From assembly GCA_001662655.1 (NCBI GenBank), contig KV460276.1: a stretch of 20,000 nt of DNA, one strand, 5' to 3'. Source of the stretch: Pseudogymnoascus verrucosus (taxonomy: Eukaryota). Of the stretch, positions 11,437 through 20,000 are shown in pieces. A program made the translations under genes and the position numbers. The notes beneath the pieces were generated by a model. That model did not search any database. It was not told the origin of the DNA and saw nothing but the letters and a program-made list of their open reading frames with translations. How positions within the stretch are numbered: position 1 is the first letter of the stretch; each line of letters begins with the position of its first letter.

Positions 11437-11530
11437 GCATGCGCTTTCAGGGACGCATATATTGTATTTAACGCTAGTGAAAAGAACACTTTCTATAAAG
11501 GGAGTAGTACACTATCTGTAAAGGGAGTAG
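11437..11530 (+). repeat. Dispersed intergenic repeat, copy 3 (more diverged)
   Basis: ATTGTATTTAACGCTAGTGAAAAGAACACTTTCTATAAAGGGAGTAGTACACTATCTGTAAAGGGAGT: same CTAGT, ACACTTTCTATAAA, GGGAGT and second AGTACACT unit as copies 1 and 2. Confidence 0.8.
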
Positions 11531-11880
11531 GGCCGAGGATGAAGCTAGCAAGCTAGCAAGGAGTGCAAATGCCTTTCCTGGACTAGTGTAAGGCTAATGC
11601 CTCTTAGCATCAGGCTAATATAGTAGCACTATGTCATAATAGGATATTGGTATGAGGCCCGCCACCAAAACTAGCAGGCATGACAAGTTCTGATCTTGTT
11701 GCATAGTTGCGTGTTTGCGTGCGAGAATGAAGCGTATTACCGACTCGTGATTAAAATTCGAAATTGAAATACCGGACAGAGTAACGACTATCACTGAACT
11801 AACTTCGGAATTTTCAACAGCATACTATAACCAAGAGCTTGACCAATTACTTGGTCATACACACGACTGTGGTGGCTACA

Positions 11881-13814
11881 ATGGCTTCTAGTTCTGTATC
11901 AGGCTTTTTCCAAGAGAGGCCCAAGATCTCGAATCAACTGTATGAGGATGTTGCATTAAGTCGAGCATTTAAATGTCAGATCACTTTCGCACACTAAAGT
12001 TCCAATAAACAGCTCTTCTAATTGAATCCTAGCATACCTTCCACCACAAATACAGCAATCAGTCTCATCAGATATCTCGCGATTTGCGGAGGTTGTGCTG
12101 TCGAAGAGGGTTCTGGATTGGGTGGCGGATGCCGAACGCCATCCGCCAGTTTTAAAATCTTGGGACACCTTTGGCGAGAGGAGAGATGATCTGGTGACAA
12201 GCGAAGGCTGGAGGAAACTCCAGGATCTGGGTGTTCAAGAAGGCATTATTGCTATCCCCTACGAGGTTAATGAAGGCCAATATAGCAGGGTTTATCAATT
12301 CTTGAAGTCAGTGCCAGCCCTCAGAAACAAGACAGACATCTCATACTGACGCCGACCTTAGGTATCACGTCTTCAGCGGCAGTTCTGCATATGTTATATG
12401 CCCCTCAGCCATGACAGACGGAGCAGCTTCTCTTCTGCTGAGGCACCTGAAATCAAATTCTCTTCCCGCTTCTGTCCGGCCCATATTAGATTCTGCTTTC
12501 AAGTGTCTCATCTCCCGTGATCCAGCAAAGGCATGGACCTCGGGTCAATGGATGACGGAGCGAAAGGGCGGCAGCGACGTATCTGGAACCGAAACAATAG
12601 CCGTAATGGCGGATAGCCCCCTGAAAAATAGCAGAGGTGTCGATGGCTCCGACCTTGGCCCATATAGCATTAGCGGCTTCAAGTGGTTCTCCAGTGCTAC
12701 AGATTCCAACATGAGCATCCTACTCGCACGGTCCCCTAATGGTAATGTATCTGCCTTCTACGCACCAATGCGCCGCACAGTCCCTTGGACTACCGATGGA
12801 CAAACCGAACTTAATGGTATACATATACAACGTTTGAAGAGCAAACTTGGGACGCGCGCTGTACCCACCGCCGAATTGGAGCTCAAAGATATGCGAGGGT
12901 ACCTACTGGGCACTGAAGGTCAAGGAATTAGAGAGATCGCCGTGATGCTGAACATAACGCGCGTACACAATTCTGTCACAGCTCTGGGCTTTTGGGGTCG
13001 TGGCCTAGCCATCAGCAAAGCATTTGCACGGGTCCGTAACATCGGAGGCAAGCGCTTGGTGCACATACCTGCGCATGTAATGACGATGGCAGAGCAAGAA
13101 GTCGAATACAGAGGCTACATGCAGCTGACCTTCTTCACGGTGTTGTTACTCGGGATTTCTGAACAGGGCTCAAGCAATGCTTCATCCGAGCGAGCACCAG
13201 CAATGGCACACGGGTCGCTGGCCAAGATCACTCCTAGCTTCGAGGATGCGCGATTGTTGTTACGGGTTTTGACGCCCGTCATCAAATCTCTGACAGCCAA
13301 GGCAGCAATCGCTGGCTTGAGCGAGTGCATGGAATCACTGGGAGGAGTAGGATATCTGGAGAATGATGAGATGCAATTCAATATCGCACGTCTCTTTCGC
13401 GACGCATCCGTTCTTAGTATTTGGGAAGGGACGACGGATGTTATGGCTATGGATATGGTGAAGGTTCTGAAAGGGCATAGTGGAGTAGATGTGTTAAAGG
13501 TTCTGGAAACTTGGCTGATGGCAGCTGGGGATGCTGCGGCCCACCGTGAGTGGGTAAGATGGGCTGGAAAGGTCAAAAGTGAAGGGCTGGAAGAACTCAA
13601 AGTCCAAGGAAGACAGATTATGAGGGAACTAGGAAAGCTCATCGCGGGTGTCTTGCTTCAGGTTGACGCTGAAAGGGATGGAGATGAAGTCGCAAAAGAG
13701 GTATCACGGAGATGGATTTGTAAGTCGGTTAACAGAACAAGGGGATCCTGGCAGTCAAGGTGTATGTGGGACAGGAAGATTGTTTTTGGCAGTTCCGACG
13801 AGGCAAAACTGTGA
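11881..13814 (+). CDS. AidB-like acyl-CoA dehydrogenase family flavoprotein; exons 11881-11974, 12033-12306, 12362-13814; ~606 aa
   Basis: CPSAMTDGAA, SGQWMTERKGGSDV, GFKWFSSA, RLKSKLGTRAVPTAELEL, MLNITRVHN, ECMESLGGVGYLE, IWEGTTDV. Two in-frame GT-AG introns. Confidence 0.93.
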
Positions 13815-14893
13815 GGGTCGCATGAAAACACTTCAAACTCCCTCTGAAAAGTTACCGCATTGCCCCAACCTTCTTACTGACTACCAGTTGGATAGGGAAA
13901 CCAGGTTTCTTTTGCTGCTTCGACTACAATTTGTCCGAATACTTTAGTTGTATATCTAGGTAGTTAGTAGATAACTCCACCTGAAAAGCAACGTTGGAAT
14001 TACCGGAACTGACAAATACCCGCCTCGTCTGCTTTCCAGGCTCGCAAAATGGCGATGTCGCCCGTGATAGACTCCTCAGATTGTAAAGCTTACCATTTAA
14101 AAATAAAAATTGAAAACCCTCGTCTCCCTCCCCCTTTCCTTTTTCTAACTGTTGCTTTGCCGATCGCTCCGTCCACCGGTCCAAGCCGTACGGATATACC
14201 ACCAGATTGGAGCAAAGTGTCTTTAAGTCAGGGATATCAGTCTCCATCTTTCGAAATCTACAATTAAATGGAAAAAAAATTGCGGTCATCCTAGGCTACA
14301 TACTTGGTGGATTGCAAGCTAGAACATGTACATAATAAATGCTGTAGAAGCGATATACGAGAGTAGTAGGGGTATTCGATATGCTCCGAGTTTGCTTGCG
14401 TCACGAGGGTGGTTTAATTCACGTTGTATGTTAAACTTACCTTTCAAGAGATCTCGAATAACTATCGTAACTACAAGTGATGAAAGGATCCAGCTACGGT
14501 GGTGTGCAAAAGCTTCGGTTCTCGAAGATGCGCATCTTATAGATATGATGTAGAGGAAAGAGATTGATTGCCTTCAGACGGTTGGATGGCGCCGAGTCCT
14601 GTTCCGTTCAACTAACTTACAGGTACGACCCGTGTCACCCACCATGCAAGCCTTACCCAAAGCATACTCAACGGACAGTACAGTAAACACCTTATTCTTA
14701 TTCTGTGCTGCACACTTCACACATCAATATCACAAATCGTACGGCGTATAACAAAAGTAGGGAGGGCTACATGTCTGGTAGTCAATTCCAAACATGTAGC
14801 CCCTTAGAAGTCCTCCAACCCCATTGCTCTAATCTTTTCAATCTTCCCCATTCTTCGCACTTTTCCTGTTTAGCCGGTTCAGCCCCCTTCCTC

Positions 14894-15629
14894 TTACTTT
14901 TCGTCTTGTTCGTGCCTATAGCTGAATGTCGAGACGTCGAACGGTAGTGGATCTGAAGTCCTTGTCTGGCACCCCTCCCATTCTCTAATACCAGACCCGG
15001 AGTAAGTCGACTCGGGGAATTCACTCGTGTGCTTTGTTCGGAGCGTTGCAAGCTCCTGCTTAGCCGTGGCGTACTCCACTTGGAGCGTCTGGTACGATAG
15101 AGTCAGTGCACTGTGTTGCTCTTGCAGCTCCATCAACCCCTCTTCGATCTCCTTCATCCGTTCCGCTTTCCTGGCGCGGAATTTTCGCTGCGAGGCTCGA
15201 TTCTGAGCCCGTCGGCGCTGGTGGGAGCGTCAGCCAGTCTCTACATTGAAATGACAGCATCTTCTACGTACCAAGTTGACATATGGCGGGAAGAGCTTGT
15301 CGCCTGTGCTTTTTTTCCTTCTGCAGACCTGCGTCTCGTAGAGGCCTTCCACATCGAACCCCATCGCTACTGCTGTTACGGGATATTGCACTGGGTACGC
15401 ATTCCGCAGGAGCGTGCTAACGTGATTGCCATACATATTATCAAACCCCTACCAGAAGCGTTAGCTATATACTGTTTAGTTTTGGCAGATTTTGGGCCTT
15501 TACCGTGGCATGTGAGGGCGAGACTGTCGAGAATTCGCTTGATGTGCCATGAAACATCCCACCGCTGATGTCTGCAGGCTTCAGGTAGGACTGAATATTT
15601 GTAAAGTCGCTGTCGTACTTAGCCGTCAT
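14894..15629 (-). CDS. bZIP transcription factor (AP-1/Yap-like basic region); exons 15629-15504, 15448-15272, 15217-14894; ~208 aa
   Basis: RRRAQNRASQRKFRARK basic region followed by heptad I/L repeats (IEEGLMELQEQHSALTLSYQTLQVEY). Two phase-0 GT-AG introns with CTAAC/CTGAC branch sites. Confidence 0.85.
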
Positions 15630-16690
15630 TTTAGATAGAAGTTCAGGGGAAGGCCGGCTTCAATGCGTGTACGAGACTGTCCCAGCGGCAGAATGCAACT
15701 CGTCGACTCTGGACTGGATCGACTCGGCCTTTTACTGCAGACTGATTTTGGAGGGTACAGTAGTCCAAACCTTGCTCTCCTTCCCGTATGAGAGACAGAT
15801 ATAGCTTATAGCTAGGGCTCTTCGGCTTGGAGAGCGTTCGATGGCGGGGGTAATGCCTCTCATGGAGAGGCCGAGACCTTCCGGATACGCGACTCAGCGC
15901 TTCGTACAGAACCCGGAAGCCAATCACCGGGCGGTGGTCTTTTAATACAGGAGGCTGGCCCGCCTGCCTAGATCTAGCAGGGTCTTGAAACAAGCCCTCT
16001 CAAGGTGTCATCCAACGAGCTCCCGCATCGTTACCAGAAAAGATAAAACTGTTGACCGAGGTAGGTCACTTATTGGGGCATGTCTGCATAAATCGTATTG
16101 GATTGATTGATTAAAGAGCATAATAAGGATGCCCATCTTCTGAAGCTATATGGGATTCAGGGGTTACGGCGTAGCATCGCCTAATAAGGAACCAGGGGTT
16201 GAGTCTAACAAAAACCGCAAATAAAAAGCTGGCTTGCGGACGTGGATTACATGGTAGAGATAAGCAAGTTGTAGATACGCATAATTGTACCAACGCACTT
16301 GCTATAAAGGTGCTTTGGATATCTCTTCGAAATAAGAGGTAGACACTTGTGGAAAGATTGACGCAGCTACTTAAGATTGGAGCGAGAAAGATGGTACGAG
16401 GATCAAAGCATTTCCTTGTAGTCCGAAACGGGTTGGTCAAGCATCTGCTTAAGATTATCATGTCCGGGAACGCTAGCCGGATGTAGAATATGCTATCCTT
16501 GCAACATTTCTTGTCCGGGGTCACGGTAACAGAGATCAGAATATTATCTGCAGTTATGATTGGTCGTGTGCTTAACGTACTATGAGCTATAAAGGTCTCT
16601 GGCACCTTCTTCTACAGTATCCAGCAATTGCCTATTCTGAAAGTTCCGACCTCCAACTTTTATCAGTCGAACAATTGAGCATCAACCAGG

Positions 16691-17319
16691 ATGGCCCATT
16701 CGTACAAGTCACAGTACCCAACAAAGGTCGTCGTCGATGAGGAAATCGTGCAGTTTTTCGAGGACTTCTACCGCATATCGGACACGCCAGGTGTGCATGA
16801 GGAATATGCCAACTACTTCACCAAAGATGCGACTTTCATCCTAGCCTCAAAATCAATCAAGGGCTATGAGGGTAATTATATTCCCTTACTCCAGGGCGAT
16901 ACTGCTGGCCGTGGTGTAATTTTTTTTCTTTGCAACGCACCAAATATGCATCTACTAGCTGAGTCTTCCGCTAAATTTGTTCATGCAAGCTTTCTTATTG
17001 GACACCACCTAACAAGGAGCAGAAATTCTCGCGGCCCGTAAAGCCATGTGGACCGCCGTCGCCTCACGCGCCCACAAGCCGATTAAGGTCTTCCCATTCG
17101 GACATGTTTCTACGGAATTCATGCTTTATGGGACCGTGTCCTATGAGATGAAGGACGGGAGGAAGTCAGGCCTTGATTTCTCTGCTCGAGCAAAAATGGT
17201 GCAGATCGAGAAGCAGTGGAAAATACAAGATTACCAAGTTTATATGGTGGGTCAAGTTTAGATCAGGAATCAGAGTGAGCCGTATATGACTGATGGGGAT
17301 ACAGGATACAGCAGCATAG
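16691..17319 (+). CDS. Small SnoaL/NTF2-like fold protein; exons 16691-16871, 17023-17246, 17305-17319
   Basis: IVQFFEDFYRISD..GVHEEYANYFTKDATFI...MWTAVASRAH...FMLYGTV...YQVYMDTAA, a conserved small fungal NTF2-like family pattern. Introns are GT-AG and in frame. Confidence 0.8.
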
Positions 17320-17528
17320 CAGCCAAAGTAGAGAACGCTGAGGCGTCTTACTTTAACGATTGTTAAAGGCTGATAGAAGGACACAACAGGACCAATACAT
17401 GATTAATAATCTAAGGGGGAGATGCTTTGAAATCAATGTTTTCGCCAAGGACTGATAATCATATGCCATAAATCTGTTCCTGTTCTATTTTGTGATGTAA
17501 AGATTTGAAGAATACCATACTTAGACCC

Positions 17529-18149
17529 CTATAGCAGCCCATCTGTCTTTTCTTTTCGGAAAGCAATAGCCAGCTGTTAAATTTTAGCTAAAATTTTGGG
17601 TATATGTGAGATAGACGTACTGGAAATATTTGGACCTATCGTTGATGGTTAGCATCGTTGGCCCCGCATAGCAAGAAGTTATATCAAAAACCTTTTCCAA
17701 GTTCCACACACCATTATAGTAAATATCCGCTTGGAGCTTTGCAATCACCTCTTCCTTCGTCGTAGCATTTGCAACAAGGCAGCTACCGTTAACCACTTGT
17801 CCCTGGCCTTCCTCCGGCGCTTTTAATAGAGCACCTTCCAGCGACAATTACAGTTAGTCGCTATAAAGTACCGCAAGCACTCCTAGGTATGGAGACAAAT
17901 ATGCAGAAATGGGAATGATTGGAGCGCAAACCTCCCATAGTCCAGAATCCAGAAGCGATATGTGGTACCAGTCCCTGCAGATGTGCTCTATGCTCTGATA
18001 AGCTCATGTTCGTTTGATAAAGCAGGAGGAGGTAGAAGGACAGATGATAGAGGTGCATACTCTCGCCCAGCTAGTCGCTCCCGCCCCACGTTTTCGTGAT
18101 CGGAGATTATAACGAGCCAGTCTACTAGCTTTGTTGCATCTGCTGTCAT
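17529..18149 (-). CDS. YCII-related dimeric alpha/beta-barrel protein; exons 18149-18061, 17987-17932, 17834-17692, 17635-17621, 17573-17529; ~115 aa
   Basis: WLVIISD...RLAGREAHL...GGALL...GSCLV...EEVIAKLQADIYY.GVWNLEKVQIFP. Four GT-AG introns give a continuous frame (348 nt). Confidence 0.8.
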
Positions 18150-18614
18150 ATTGCCTGTTGCTTGGATTTATAGGTGTCAATGGCTGACGATAAGTAGAGT
18201 AAATATACAGGAGGTATTATATGATTAGTCTATTCAGAAGGTTTAAATAGAGCGAAGATGAGGTAACGATGGAGAATTAACTTTAGGCGGGTGGATAATC
18301 CAAAATATAATTAGTAAGATCCGCACTAGGGGCGAAAGTGTCGGAAGCCACCGTAAATGCCGTAGCAAGCGGTCAAATTACCATGGATGCACATTCATAT
18401 GCGCCGGCAGAATCCTTGCTTTGTTATACGACGGCAAGTTGTTTGCCACAGTATACGAGCACTTGTGTAAGGGTTGAATCCCTTATTAGGTGGTCTATCC
18501 GCCTATCCAAGATTTCCGGTTAAGGGGTGGCACACTGAAACGATCATCTTCGTGACCACCAAAGAATGTCAATTCTACAACGCTTACTTTAACAACACAA
18601 TTATATATAGAATA

Positions 18615-20000
18615 ACGTATTTCCCGTACGAGTGGCCCACCCGAACGAGTGGCCCACCAAAACACCAAAACGCGTCAATGTGACTATAGTCAACAATGCC
18701 ACGACCAACACAAGCCAAATCCTCTAATCAAGAGGATAGAATACTATTAGCTATGCAAGCAATTAAACAAGGCCAGTTTCAAAGTGTCCGAGTAGCTGCA
18801 GCATCGTACGATATCCCTCGAACAACACTACGTCGACGAATTCAAGGAATGACATCCCGACGCGATTCTACACCTAACTTACAGAAGTTGACTCCGTACG
18901 AAGAGTCAGCTCTTGTTCAGTATATCCTCGACCTAGATTCACGTGGATTTCCACCCCGGCCACAAGCTGTACAAGAAATGGCTGACCTTCTACTCTCTGA
19001 ACGAGGCGAGAGCCCTGTTGGGAAGAACTGGGCTACAGGCTTCATAACGCGTCGTACGGAAATCAAATCAAAGTTTAGTCGGAAGTACGACTATAAACGA
19101 GCAAAATGCGAAGATCCTAAGATAATTCAAGAGTGGTTCTCTCTCGTACGAAACACAGTTGCAAAATACGGCATCTTAGAGTAGGATATCTACAACTTTA
19201 ATGAAGCAGGTTTCGCAATGGGAGTTATTGCTACTGTAAAGGTAGTCACAAGCTCAGAAGCAAAGAGCCGTCCAAAGACTATATAGCCAGGAAATAGAGA
19301 GTGGGTGTCAATTATCTAAGGTGTCAATTCGTACGGATGGGCACTCCCGCCGTTTATCATTTTTAAGGCGCAGAATCACCTCTCTGCTTGGTACGAGGAC
19401 TTAGAATTACCAGACGATTAGGTGATTACACTAAGTGAGAATGGGTGGACTTCAAATTCAATTGGGTACGAGTGGATCTAACACTTCGATCGACATACAA
19501 GCACTCGTACGATCGGAACCTATCGCCTTCTTATTCTTGACGGATATGAGAGCCACCTCTCAGCTCAATTTCAGCACTACTGCATAGAACGGAAGATAAT
19601 CACCCTCTGTATGCCACCACACTCCTCACACATTCTTCAGCCGCTTGACGTAAGCTGCTTTGCTCCACTAAAGCTTTCGTACGGACGTTAGATTAAAACC
19701 TTCGTACGGAACAGGCTAAATCACATTACGAAGCTTGAGTTTCTCTCTGCATTTAAAGAGGCATTTAAAGCTACATTTACAGAGCAGAACATTAAGAGCG
19801 GGTTCCGAGCTACAGGACTAGTTCCGTACGAGCCACAGAATGTCCTCTCTTACTTGAATCTACACTTGAGGACTCCAACTCCTCCTATAGTTGAGAGTAA
19901 CAATTGGACTTCAAAGACTCCTCAAACTATAAGGGAGCTTGACTTTCAAACAGAGCACGTTAGGAACCGCATTATACAGCATCAGAATAGCTCTCCTAGC
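18615..20000 (+). mobile_element. pogo/Fot1-family (Tan1/Pot-like) DNA transposon, RIP-mutated, truncated by the window end
   Basis: TA (18613-14) then TIR ACGTATTTCCCGTACGAGTGGCCCACCCGAACGAGTGGCCCACC (18615-18658) with internal direct repeat ACGAGTGGCCCACC, followed by a transposase frame from 18696. Confidence 0.95.
18696..20000 (+). pseudogene. Transposase pseudogene (HTH_psq + CENP-B HTH + DDE_1)
   Basis: SVRVAAASYDIPRTTLRRR, EESALVQYIL, YNFNEAGF, LLILDGYESH, PPHSSHILQPLDV. In-frame stops at 19182, 19284, 19317, 19419, 19479 and 19689. Confidence 0.93.

Noticed and set aside
13115..13642. 175-aa minus-strand ORF
   Set aside because: Antisense shadow of the acyl-CoA dehydrogenase exon.
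13924..14600. 121-aa minus ORF with a possible upstream GTAAGT donor at 14440
   Set aside because: No recognisable domain and no convincing start or complete gene model; at most an unassignable remnant.
15113..15993. 151-aa plus ORF and 116-aa minus ORF
   Set aside because: The first is antisense to the bZIP gene. The second lies in its 5' leader/promoter, starts at a non-ATG codon and has no motif.
16111..16605. 164-aa minus-strand ORF
   Set aside because: Non-ATG start, no recognisable domain, and located in the divergent promoter region of the bZIP and SnoaL genes.

Overview
Intron-containing fungal (filamentous ascomycete-type) DNA that looks like an accessory mosaic. Eight apparently intact spliced genes can be rebuilt from GT-AG introns: an adenine/adenosine deaminase-family enzyme, a fungal_trans_2-like putative transcription factor, a class I SAM methyltransferase, an O-methyltransferase, an AidB-like acyl-CoA dehydrogenase, a bZIP factor, a SnoaL/NTF2-like protein and a YCII-like protein. 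Between them lie mobile-element debris: a broken DUF3505/RecQ-helicase gene, a Helitron fragment, the 3' half of a pogo/Fot1 element, and a RIP-inactivated pogo/Fot1 element running off the right end. The most unusual signal is a non-coding structured repeat, core CTAGTAGAAAGTACACTTTCYATAAAAGGGAGTACACTTGC, present three times (43-102 +, 9038-9097 -, 11474-11530 +). Each copy is upstream of and co-oriented with a different enzyme gene. It could be a shared regulatory module or a mobilisation/cassette boundary. Family assignments come from motif recognition by eye; no database searches were run.
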